Positions 24,036 to 31,947 of a stretch of DNA of 58,096 nucleotides are shown one piece after another; position 1 is the stretch's first letter, and each line of letters opens with the position of its first letter. This DNA is from a virus. The notes beneath the pieces are model-generated. The model had not been told where the DNA came from and ran no database searches. It was given only the letters and a program-made list of their open reading frames with translations. A program made the position numbers and the translations under genes. Location of the stretch: IMG/VR virus record IMGVR_UViG_3300027609_000006, positions 1-58,096 of that record. The stretch is one strand, 5' to 3'.

Positions 24036-24445
24036 CGCCTTACGACATCTTGCAAGTCTCTCACTCCGCGCCGCAAGAAGTGATCCGCGCCGCGTGGTCC
24101 GCGCTCATCCGCCAGTGCCATCCGGACAGCCCGCATGCCGACGAAAAGCGAACGCGCCATTTGAACGAAGCTTACGCGATCCTGAAGGATCCGAAGAAAC
24201 GCGCGGCGCTTGATGCGCACATCAAGGCACGCGCGCAAAGTGGAAGGGAACGGGTTCGCCAGGCGGCACGATCCACCGCGCCCGATCCGCACTCGGCGGA
24301 AATGGCCTATCCACAAGCATATGAGGGATTCTCTCCGGAACGCATCGACGAAGCGATTGAGGAACTGACGCGCGCCGCGGGAGCGCCTCCGATCGTCGGA
24401 GAGTTCATGCAGTTTCTTCACCAGCAAGCGAGGAAAAAGAAATGA
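24032..24445 (+). CDS. J-domain (DnaJ-like) protein
   Basis: TPYDILQVS..AWSALIRQCHPD..LNEAYAILKDPKKRAALD, with the HPD motif. Confidence 0.85.
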   Translation: MTPYDILQVSHSAPQEVIRAAWSALIRQCHPDSPHADEKRTRHLNEAYAILKDPKKRAALDAHIKARAQSGRERVRQAARSTAPDPHSAEMAYPQAYEGFSPERIDEAIEELTRAAGAPPIVGEFMQFLHQQARKKK

Positions 24446-25041
24446 GTCTGATCGGTCTGTCGGCACTCGCCCAAGCATGTTCCTCATCGCTGAGTCCCAG
24501 CAACTGTGGCACAGCCGGCGGAAGTTACGACGGAGACAACGAAGTGTGCGTGTGTGCTGCGGACAGCAGCGGTTTCACCTTGGCACAGCAGCAAGCCCTA
24601 TGTACCTCGGCGGGCGCTGATACGACTTGGGATGCCACAACGAACACATGCGTTCCAATTGGCTCGGCACCCGCGCCAGCTAGTAGTGGCGCATCGTGTC
24701 CAAACAACACGCTCCCGGGCACGCCATCGGATGTGAATTGCCCATGGTGGTGCAACTTCATCGCGTTTCAATCTACTTCCTGTACCCCGTGTACGCAGGT
24801 CTGCCCCACCGGAATGCAATGGGACACCACGAATAATGTGTGCTCGGCGAATCCGGCGTCCAACAATTGCAGCGGTGCCGGAACGGGATCGCCCTGTCCG
24901 AGTTATTGCAACGTTCCTTTGATCGGCGGGTTATTTTCGGCCTGTGCGCCATGCGCCGGGAACACGAGCGCCAGTTCAATCCTTGCCGCATTGGGAGCGG
25001 TTGCCGTTCTCTACCTTGGATACAAGTTGGTGAAAAAATGA
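24442..25041 (+). CDS. Tail-anchored Cys-rich membrane protein
   Basis: Many CxxC-type Cys residues. C-terminus ILAALGAVAVLYLGYKLVKK. Confidence 0.7.
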   Translation: MSLIGLSALAQACSSSLSPSNCGTAGGSYDGDNEVCVCAADSSGFTLAQQQALCTSAGADTTWDATTNTCVPIGSAPAPASSGASCPNNTLPGTPSDVNCPWWCNFIAFQSTSCTPCTQVCPTGMQWDTTNNVCSANPASNNCSGAGTGSPCPSYCNVPLIGGLFSACAPCAGNTSASSILAALGAVAVLYLGYKLVKK

Positions 25042-25355
25042 TCATCTCGGAGCCGATGACATACGGTCTTGGAGACCTAGGCCAGCTCACGATTTCGAGC
25101 GATGTCACGCAGTGGGGATTCGGACAATGGACCGCCGTGATCGTCGGTTCGTATCTGGCTTACAAGTTGATTCTGGACACGAAAACTGTGGGCGGGAAAG
25201 CTTTGAAACACACGAAAAAGGCCCGGCGTAAGATCGCAAAGGCGGCGGTGGGTAACACGAGTAAAATTGGCACGGTCGTAACGGTGGGAGCTCTCGCGGC
25301 AGCCGGTTTTGTGGCTTACGAAGCCTATTCCCAATCTCAGGCGGTGACGCAATGA
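25038..25355 (+). CDS. Membrane protein
   Basis: ATGA overlap with the upstream ORF. Contains GLGDLGQLT and one TM segment. Confidence 0.6.
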   Translation: MIISEPMTYGLGDLGQLTISSDVTQWGFGQWTAVIVGSYLAYKLILDTKTVGGKALKHTKKARRKIAKAAVGNTSKIGTVVTVGALAAAGFVAYEAYSQSQAVTQ

Positions 25356-25365
25356 AAGGATTTTT

Positions 25366-25836
25366 ATGCTACTAGGAATGAATTCTCTGCGCGATTTCGT
25401 ACCGGCGAAGGTGGTTCCCGGATCGCTTCTGACGACAGGAATGAGCGGCCGCCGGGGTGTGGCGGATTTCGTCAACGGCCAGGTGGTGCCCGGCTATTTG
25501 CTTTCAACAGGCATGAGCGCGTTGACTCCCAGCTCTCCCACCGGAATGACGATCCCAAACAATTCAGTCATGACCGCGTGGCAGGGTGCCGGGATGTCGG
25601 GGTGTGACGACGGGTGCGGGTGCGGGGGCAAATGTGGCGGCGGTGGAGGATGCGGCTCGGGCATGGGTCAGTTGTCCCTCAGCTCGATCACGGCTCCGTT
25701 CTCGCAGGCATGGACCGACATTCAGGCCGCGATTTCGGCGGGGTCCATCACTCCTTTGACGGGTGAAGATTGGTTAGTGATTGCTGGTACTGCCGCTGCT
25801 GCGTGGTGGATGTTCGGGAAGAAGGGGAGACGGTAG
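25366..25836 (+). CDS. Tail-anchored Gly/Cys-rich membrane protein
   Basis: N-terminus MLLGMNS, repeated VVPG.LL.TGMS, GCGCGGKCGGGGGCG, C-terminal TM. Confidence 0.65.
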   Translation: MLLGMNSLRDFVPAKVVPGSLLTTGMSGRRGVADFVNGQVVPGYLLSTGMSALTPSSPTGMTIPNNSVMTAWQGAGMSGCDDGCGCGGKCGGGGGCGSGMGQLSLSSITAPFSQAWTDIQAAISAGSITPLTGEDWLVIAGTAAAAWWMFGKKGRR

Positions 25837-25847
25837 GAATTCTTTTT

Positions 25848-25904
25848 ATGTCGGCCTGGCCGCACATTTCGGAGACGCGAACATTGGATGCTCGACGGGG
25901 CAGG
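25848..25904 (+). repeat. SAR arm, F-form, degenerate
   Basis: ATGTCGGCCTGGCCGC..GATGCTCGACGGGGCAGG. The upstream TAGGAATTCTTTTTATGTCGGCC resembles the junction at 46230. Confidence 0.5.
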
Positions 25905-26324
25905 ATCATCCGACACTTCGGAACCCTCATGACTAATCTCCATATCATCGCGACCGATCGCGCCGGGAACATTTGGGATTGCGGCCCCACCCCGAGTCAC
26001 GATTGGGCAAAGGTGCGCGCGAGTCTCGAATCTTCCGTTGGTACGCCATTCTTCGGAATGCCAGGAAAGACGCCATTGCGAAAAGGTTGGCATCCGGAGT
26101 ATGACGAAATTGTGGGACGGACAGAACACGGCTTAGATATCCCGCGAATCACCCTTGAAACGGTTTTCAATGATTGGGACACGCTCAATCGAGATCACGG
26201 CGCTGGAACTTTCGAATCTGTTGCAAACTTCGATGAGATGGCGGTTTTAAAAGTCGCTCTCGAAGCCTATAAGCACCTCCTGGTCGAACGCGAAAAAGGG
26301 CGCGCGAAGAGGGGTGTGCAATGA
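25848..26324 (+). CDS. Hypothetical protein (between F and R arms)
   Basis: ORF 25770..26324 trimmed to ATG 25848. Confidence 0.55.
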   Translation: MSAWPHISETRTLDARRGRIIRHFGTLMTNLHIIATDRAGNIWDCGPTPSHDWAKVRASLESSVGTPFFGMPGKTPLRKGWHPEYDEIVGRTEHGLDIPRITLETVFNDWDTLNRDHGAGTFESVANFDEMAVLKVALEAYKHLLVEREKGRAKRGVQ

Positions 26325-26333
26325 GGCCAAAAC
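26274..26333 (+). repeat. SAR arm, R-form
   Basis: CACCTCCTGGTCGAACGCG..GTGCAATGAGGCCAAAAC. ATG 26321 lies inside the arm terminus. Confidence 0.8.
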
Positions 26334-27079
26334 ATAATCCCGCCAAATTCGACCGTTGCGTAAAGGACGTGAAGCGTTCCAAATCCGCCCGTAGCGCCTA
26401 CGCTATCTGCACAGCAGCCGGAACCCGCAACCCCGGTACCGGAGCCATGGTCGCCTCAGCACTCAGCCACTCCGCCGCCGGCCGCAAAGCACAAGTTGCG
26501 ATTAAAAAGCTTTTCTCGAAGGCAAAGAACCCGCAGGACGCCTCTGAGCAGATGTTCGAAATCTTCCACGGCATGGCGCCGAATGAAATCCTGCACATCG
26601 TGGAGCGCGTTCACGTGCACGCGAACCTGTGGACGGCCGGCACACTCACATCAATGGTGATCCAAACAGAGTATGGCTATCAGTTCGATTTAAACGCGCC
26701 GGACCCGGACACCGCGAAGCCGAAGGATGTGGTGTACGTCACCTTCAACGAAGCCGGAAACCAGATCTACTTCCGCGGCGGCAATCAGGAAATCCCGAGA
26801 TCGTGGCTCGAAAAAGCCGGGCTCAAATCCGACGACTTCCGGGAGCACATGATTATCGGCGCGGTGGTCGAACTGACATACCGGACGAAAAAGAAATTCG
26901 AGAAGGGCGGAAAAGAACTAGTGGACTTCTATCACGGCTTGGGAAAAGAGCACTCGCGCGGAGTTTTGCCGATGCTGGTTTACAAGCCGCGTGATCCGAG
27001 CATGGCGCTCTACGGAGGGCGATATAAAGTGTTGCCCAAGAGGGCGGATTTGGGCGCGAGTCCGGGAATCGGCGGATGA
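26321..27079 (+). CDS. Hypothetical (possibly virion) protein
   Basis: NPAKFDRCVKDVKRS..SAYAICTAAG. Confidence 0.7.
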   Translation: MRPKHNPAKFDRCVKDVKRSKSARSAYAICTAAGTRNPGTGAMVASALSHSAAGRKAQVAIKKLFSKAKNPQDASEQMFEIFHGMAPNEILHIVERVHVHANLWTAGTLTSMVIQTEYGYQFDLNAPDPDTAKPKDVVYVTFNEAGNQIYFRGGNQEIPRSWLEKAGLKSDDFREHMIIGAVVELTYRTKKKFEKGGKELVDFYHGLGKEHSRGVLPMLVYKPRDPSMALYGGRYKVLPKRADLGASPGIGG

Positions 27080-27282
27080 GAATGATGCATTTCAAGTACT
27101 GGGACAACGGAACGCCGTGGCGCAATTTCAACGAGAGAAAGCTACTGTTCGAAGTGGCGGCAGAGAATATTTTCAAAGCCGATGAATGCTACCAGAGAGC
27201 GACGGGCGATGATCCTACCAAACAACCGTACGTCGGCAGGGAAATACGATTGATGGAGAATGGGGAGGCGCGGGACTGCTGA
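27076..27282 (+). CDS. Hypothetical protein
   Basis: ORF track, ATGA overlap with the upstream ORF. Confidence 0.55.
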   Translation: MRMMHFKYWDNGTPWRNFNERKLLFEVAAENIFKADECYQRATGDDPTKQPYVGREIRLMENGEARDC

Positions 27283-27536
27283 TGAACGAACTGATTCAGT
27301 ACGCGCAAACGGTGCCTTACTTCCCCGCGAACTCGTGCGCATGGGGACACGCTGCGCTTGGGTTCGGAACGAGCATCTACCTCACGGATCCGTGGGCGCA
27401 AGCCGCCGCCGCGGTGGCGTTCATTATGTACGAGGTTTGGCGCGAGAAGCCCACCAATGAAAAGGTCGGAGCGGTCGCCGAGTTTGCAACGGGATATTTA
27501 GCGGGAAAGGTTGTCGGGGGGATGAATACGAAATGA
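27282..27536 (+). CDS. Small membrane protein
   Basis: ORF track. C-terminus GYLAGKVVGGMNTK is duplicated at 27800..27843. Confidence 0.6.
   Translation: MNELIQYAQTVPYFPANSCAWGHAALGFGTSIYLTDPWAQAAAAVAFIMYEVWREKPTNEKVGAVAEFATGYLAGKVVGGMNTK
27493..27536 (+). repeat. Gene-end duplication, copy 1 (about 31/43 nt versus 27800..27843)
   Basis: Both copies encode YLAGKVVGGM..K followed by an ATGA junction. Confidence 0.65.
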
Positions 27537-27844
27537 ATAATGTTTTGGCCTCATCGGGCGTTGAGACACGTAAAGCGCAGAACGTTCGACAGTCGAAGTG
27601 CCTGCATTGCCCCAATGAGGCGGTGGATGGCTCGATTTTCTGTCAAGTTCACATCGACATTGATGCAGCATTCCACCTTCGCATCAGAGAAGGCCGGAAG
27701 CAGTGCGCGATATGGCCGGGCGCAGGGATGCTGCAATGCGCTTGGCCCACGTGCGGATGTCCTTCCGATGTGGAACAGGCACGAAGGCAGGCGGAATCCT
27801 TATATCTGGCAGGCAAGGTAGTTGGAGGGATGAGCAGCAAATGA
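27533..27844 (+). CDS. Cassette ORF, Cys/His-rich protein
   Basis: MNNVLAS is F-arm translation. Contains CLHCPNEAVDGSIFCQVH. Ends with a duplicate of the upstream gene's C-terminus. Confidence 0.5.
   Translation: MNNVLASSGVETRKAQNVRQSKCLHCPNEAVDGSIFCQVHIDIDAAFHLRIREGRKQCAIWPGAGMLQCAWPTCGCPSDVEQARRQAESLYLAGKVVGGMSSK
27541..27598 (+). repeat. SAR arm, F-form
   Basis: TGTTTTGGCCTCATCGGGCG..GAACGTTCGACAGTCGAAG. Confidence 0.85.
27800..27843 (+). repeat. Gene-end duplication, copy 2
   Basis: See 27493..27536. Confidence 0.65.
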
Positions 27845-28053
27845 ATGAGCGGATGTTGAAATACACGCTGAAGGAAGCGGAGACGGGAATTCGGATGATG
27901 GCGCGCAACAAATCCCCGATGCACTTCTTTGACTGGGGAACCGACACCGCCGGAACAAAGCATGTATTTGTAATGGCAATCCTGCCCGAGGATGCCGTAG
28001 CTGCCTTCGAATCGCAAATGAACCCGTCAGAACCGGTGGAGTCCAACGCATGA
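27841..28053 (+). CDS. Hypothetical protein
   Basis: ATGA overlap with the upstream ORF. N-terminus MNERMLKYTLKEAE. Confidence 0.55.
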   Translation: MNERMLKYTLKEAETGIRMMARNKSPMHFFDWGTDTAGTKHVFVMAILPEDAVAAFESQMNPSEPVESNA

Positions 28054-29177
28054 ACTTCATCTTCCTGAGCGTTCCAACATTCGAGCCGTGGGACTGGACC
28101 AACCCGGATACCGTGGGAATCGGCGGCTCCGAAACCTCGCACATCGAGATGAGCAACCGGCTCTCAGACCGCGGCCACAGCGTCTATTCGTACGGCCCCA
28201 CGCCGTTCAAGGAGCCGACCGTCAACCCGCACGGCGTGACCTGGGAGCGCTGCGACAACGATCAGAATATCTGGCGCCGCGAGGGCGTCTGGGTCATCTA
28301 TCGCGATCCGCAGTCTATTGACGATGTGCACCCGGACCAACCTGCATGGTTGATCTGCCAGGATGTGGATTATCCGCAGCTCACTGAGGAGCGCGCCCGC
28401 AAGTTCACCCGCATCGTGACCCTCTGCGAAACACACGCGTTCTATATGCGCCTTCGCTTTCCGCATCTCGCGGATCGGATTTGCGTTTCGTCGAATGGCA
28501 TCAAGTCGGAGCTAATCGAAGCTGCGCTGAAGAATCCGCCCACGCGCAACCCCAAGCGGCTGATGTACGCATCGAGCCCCGACCGGGGACTGATCCACCT
28601 AGCGACGGTTTTCAGCCGGGCGCGCGAAGTGATCTCCGATCTGGAATTACACGTGTACTACGGCTTCAATAATATCGACAAGGTCGTAGAGAAAAGCCAG
28701 CACGTCCGCAGAATCACGAACGACATCCGCCGGCAGCTCGACCAGCCGGGCATCGAGTGGCACGGCCGCACCGCGCAACCGGAGTTGATTCAGGAGTGGC
28801 TCAAGGCGGGCATCTGGTGCCACCCATCGAGCTTTACGGAAACCTCCTGCATCACCTGCATGGACGCGCAGGCGCTGGGGGCGATCCCGATCACAACTCC
28901 CACCTGGGCCATCGGCGACAACGTCAAGCACGGCGTGTTCATCGAAGGCGATCCGTACAACGATAATCTGACGCGGGCGCGGTACACGCTGGAGTTGATC
29001 CGCCTCGCGAGCGATGAAAAACGGCAGGCCGAAATTCGCGCGGAGATGATGCCCTGGGCGCAAGGCTTTTTCGGCTGGGAGAAGTTCGTGGACCAGTGGG
29101 AAGAGTGGGCGCGGGAAGATCTGAGCCAATCCCAGATTCGGCTTGTCCCGCGAGTCCTTCAGGAGGCAGTGGCGTGA
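28050..29177 (+). CDS. Glycosyltransferase, GT-B (group 1/GT4-like)
   Basis: GIGGSETSHIEMSNRLSDRGHSV and a C-terminal E..E region (FTETSCITCMDAQALGAIPI). Confidence 0.7.
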   Translation: MNFIFLSVPTFEPWDWTNPDTVGIGGSETSHIEMSNRLSDRGHSVYSYGPTPFKEPTVNPHGVTWERCDNDQNIWRREGVWVIYRDPQSIDDVHPDQPAWLICQDVDYPQLTEERARKFTRIVTLCETHAFYMRLRFPHLADRICVSSNGIKSELIEAALKNPPTRNPKRLMYASSPDRGLIHLATVFSRAREVISDLELHVYYGFNNIDKVVEKSQHVRRITNDIRRQLDQPGIEWHGRTAQPELIQEWLKAGIWCHPSSFTETSCITCMDAQALGAIPITTPTWAIGDNVKHGVFIEGDPYNDNLTRARYTLELIRLASDEKRQAEIRAEMMPWAQGFFGWEKFVDQWEEWAREDLSQSQIRLVPRVLQEAVA

Positions 29178-29725
29178 ACGACTCCATTAAAGATCCCATG
29201 ATCTACCAGGGCCAGTTCGGTTTTCAGGCGCGTTACGCAACCGGGAAGGTGCTCAACGTCGGCTGCAACAGCGATGGGGCCAAGTTCCGCGAGCGCGGCG
29301 GGGTCAATATCGACCTGTTCCGAAAGGACGATCACACGGGCTGGGATCTGCCGGTGGACGTGCAAGCCGACGCGCGGCGGTTGCCGTTCGGTCCGAACTC
29401 TTTCGATTCCGTTGTGCTCGGAGAAATTCTAGAACACATGCAGACCCACGACGCCGTTGCATCGCTGATCGAAGCGAAAACGGTGTTAAAGTCGGGCGGG
29501 CGCGTGGTGGCAACGATCCCGCACGATGACCGCGGCGGGCCGGATCACATACCGGAATATGCACCAGGAATCGCGGCCTATCACTACCGAGAAATCACGC
29601 GCGTTGAGTTTTTCGATTGGATCCGCGCGGCAGGCCTGAAAATTCAGGCGTGGGCGAAGATCGTGCATGTGTGGGGGAAAACGGGGACGGGGATTATGGC
29701 TGTTCCCAGGGAAGGGGGCCTGTGA
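29174..29725 (+). CDS. Class I SAM-dependent methyltransferase
   Basis: VLNVGCN, DSVVLGEILEHM, LKSGGRVV. Confidence 0.7.
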   Translation: MNDSIKDPMIYQGQFGFQARYATGKVLNVGCNSDGAKFRERGGVNIDLFRKDDHTGWDLPVDVQADARRLPFGPNSFDSVVLGEILEHMQTHDAVASLIEAKTVLKSGGRVVATIPHDDRGGPDHIPEYAPGIAAYHYREITRVEFFDWIRAAGLKIQAWAKIVHVWGKTGTGIMAVPREGGL

Positions 29726-30009
29726 CGCTTCCCACGATAGGCCGAGGCCCGATCATGAGCATACAAAATGCAGAGCGGAGCATCGCCGCAGACAGTGATC
29801 CGGTCTGTCATCAGCGATGGGGCAGGTTGGCGTTGATCGATATCGGGGACAGTGTTTATATCGCAAAGGAGCGCCCTGACGGCGGTCGCGACATCATCGC
29901 AATCATAACTCTCGATGATAGATGGACGCCATACACACGAACGGGCGCTGTTGAGCGATCAGGCTCTCTCCAAGTCGCAGTTCAGAACGAGGCCAAAACG
30001 TCATGCTGA
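29722..30009 (+). CDS. Hypothetical protein
   Basis: GTGA overlap with the upstream ORF. Ends ..NEAKTSC in a degenerate R arm. Confidence 0.45.
   Translation: MTLPTIGRGPIMSIQNAERSIAADSDPVCHQRWGRLALIDIGDSVYIAKERPDGGRDIIAIITLDDRWTPYTRTGAVERSGSLQVAVQNEAKTSC
29947..30002 (+). repeat. SAR arm, R-form, degenerate
   Basis: GCTGTTGAGCGATC..CAGAACGAGGCCAAAACGTC, then ATG 30003. Confidence 0.55.
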
Positions 30010-30710
30010 CGCGAAAGAAAACCATCGGGACGGTCGGATACATGGGCGGCGTCATGGCCCTGCCGGAGCCCTTCGTCTACTCCTGGACGCAGATGATCGA
30101 ATTCAATCAGGACGCGCTCTGCCAGGAGGATCAGCAGATCCATTACACGCGAACGCAGTACAGCTTGCATTCGGCGGCGCGTAACGACCTGGTCGAGCGG
30201 ATGCGCGGCGACTGGCTGTTGCAGCTCGACACCGATATCGTGTTCGATCCCGACTTCTGCGCACGCCTGGTGCGGGTGATGGAAGTTTATAATCTCGATA
30301 TCGTCACGGGCGTCTACCCGTACAAAAGCAACCCCGGCGTTCCGACGCTCTATCGCCACAATTCCGAAATTGGCCGGCATGATCCAATCGCGGTTCCTGA
30401 AGAAGCGATGGGCATGGAAGTTTTCGAAGTGGATTCCGCCGGCGGCGGCTGCTTGCTGGTAAAGCGCTCCGTCTTCGCGCGAATCCTCAACGAGCTGAAG
30501 CAACATCCCTTCGAGATGATTCCCCCGATGGGGGAAGACCACTCGTTTTTCGCGCGCGCCCGCAAATTGGCAATCAAAGCCCATTGCGCCTGGCAAGTGC
30601 AGGCCGCGCACCTCGGATTTAAACAGGTCGTGTACCAGCACAATCCCGACCTGCCAATTTTGAACCAATACGCGGCGACCGCCGCCAGAAAAGGAGAACT
30701 ACACGCATGA
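30003..30710 (+). CDS. Glycosyltransferase family 2-like
   Basis: LQLDTDIVF (DxD), GGGCLLVKRSVF, GEDHSFF. Confidence 0.65.
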   Translation: MLTRKKTIGTVGYMGGVMALPEPFVYSWTQMIEFNQDALCQEDQQIHYTRTQYSLHSAARNDLVERMRGDWLLQLDTDIVFDPDFCARLVRVMEVYNLDIVTGVYPYKSNPGVPTLYRHNSEIGRHDPIAVPEEAMGMEVFEVDSAGGGCLLVKRSVFARILNELKQHPFEMIPPMGEDHSFFARARKLAIKAHCAWQVQAAHLGFKQVVYQHNPDLPILNQYAATAARKGELHA

Positions 30711-31054
30711 TCGTAAACTACCTGAACGCAGGCGGGCCGGGCAACGTCGCTCCGACAGTGGCTCAAGCGCTCACGTTCAATACGCTGAACGTGTCGCTGA
30801 GTCCGTCATCGACTCTCGACACATCGCAGGCCATCACCACCAACTGGGGACTCCCGCCCTCGGATATTTCCGCCGGTTGGCCGTTCATCCACATTCAACC
30901 GATGGATTTCACGGCTGGATCTTCGGGATGGTACAACATCAGCCAGGCTCCGAGTTTTGTGATTGTCGGTCGCGTCGGAACCACGGCGGGAATCGATACC
31001 GCGAACGCTCAGGTGATTGTCTCAATCGCACGTCCGATTTCGTTAGTTCGATAA
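30707..31054 (+). CDS. Hypothetical beta-rich protein
   Basis: ORF track. Confidence 0.6.
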   Translation: MIVNYLNAGGPGNVAPTVAQALTFNTLNVSLSPSSTLDTSQAITTNWGLPPSDISAGWPFIHIQPMDFTAGSSGWYNISQAPSFVIVGRVGTTAGIDTANAQVIVSIARPISLVR

Positions 31055-31055
31055 T

Positions 31056-31201
31056 ATGTCGGCCTCAGTCAAATCCGGTCTGCGCATCAACGCTCTATCG
31101 TTCGGCCAGGAGAGGGTTTCGCCCTTCGCGGGTCCAAAACACTTCTCCTGGTCGGGCGCTCCGGAACCAACCGAAGCCACTCCGTCGAAGGAGGCCAAAA
31201 C
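31056..31201 (+). repeat. Complete SAR hairpin (F-form plus R-form)
   Basis: F: ATGTCGGCCTCAGTC..ATCGTTCGGCCAGGAGAGG. R: CTTCTCCTGGTCGGGCGCTC..GAAGGAGGCCAAAAC. Micro-ORF 31056..31220, 54 aa. Confidence 0.9.
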
Positions 31202-31357
31202 ATGTTCATCACCCGAGTAACGAAGGTCGTCAATCCGCATCATGCATCTGCTCACCGGAGCAGGTCCGTAGCGGAATCAGGGGGAAGTCCGTCTTTCTCG
31301 AACCCAGCGGCTCACATGCTGACGCTGGGATTTATCAATCCCAAAGGGAGGGTCTTA

Positions 31358-31891
31358 ATGGCAAAAAGCAAAGCCAGCAGACCGCGTCACGCGTCTGCCA
31401 AAGGTTCGCATCATCACAAGAGCTCGAATCCGCATAAGAAGCGGCGAAAAAATCCTCAGTTTCTCGGCACCGCAGTAAAGCCGATGAAAATGGTGGAACT
31501 GGTCGCCGGAGGTCTGGTCGGACTCGGGGTTAACAACCTCGCCATGGCCGCGCTTCCGACGGCGCTGACGGGTAATGCCTTCGGTGCAGTCGCCGGATCG
31601 GTGGTTATCGCGCTCGCGTCCGGCTGGGCCGGCGCGTTCGTCGATAAGGAATTCGGCGCGGCGATCGCGTTCGGCGGGCTCATGGCCGCCGGTCAGATCG
31701 CGATCAACCAATGGATTCCGTCCGTTGGTTCGACGATCGGACTGTCGGGCCGCGGCACGGGTGATTTCGTCGGCGGAAAAGTGGTACCGGGCGGGTTGCT
31801 CAGCTCGGGCATCACCATGAACGCAGGCGGCAATTCAATGGGTGGTGGTCCTACGAGCGCATATCCGGCTCCGTACGCCATCGCAGCGTAG
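31358..31891 (+). CDS. Basic N-terminus plus Gly/Ala-rich membrane protein (alternative start 31202)
   Basis: GGGAGGG lies 6 nt before ATG 31358. KKRRKNPQ, then hydrophobic segments. Carries the same VVPGGLLSSG motif as 25366..25836. Confidence 0.55.
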   Translation: MAKSKASRPRHASAKGSHHHKSSNPHKKRRKNPQFLGTAVKPMKMVELVAGGLVGLGVNNLAMAALPTALTGNAFGAVAGSVVIALASGWAGAFVDKEFGAAIAFGGLMAAGQIAINQWIPSVGSTIGLSGRGTGDFVGGKVVPGGLLSSGITMNAGGNSMGGGPTSAYPAPYAIAA

Positions 31892-31947
31892 CAGTGTTTG
31901 GGTCAACTGACTCCGAATAAAAAGAAAGGAAATCAGGAGAAACTATC

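Noticed and set aside
27276-27300. CTGATGA..GAA resembling a hammerhead ribozyme core.
   Set aside because: It is an isolated match at a gene junction (..GACTGCTGATGAACGAA..). It lacks the three flanking helices required for a hammerhead.
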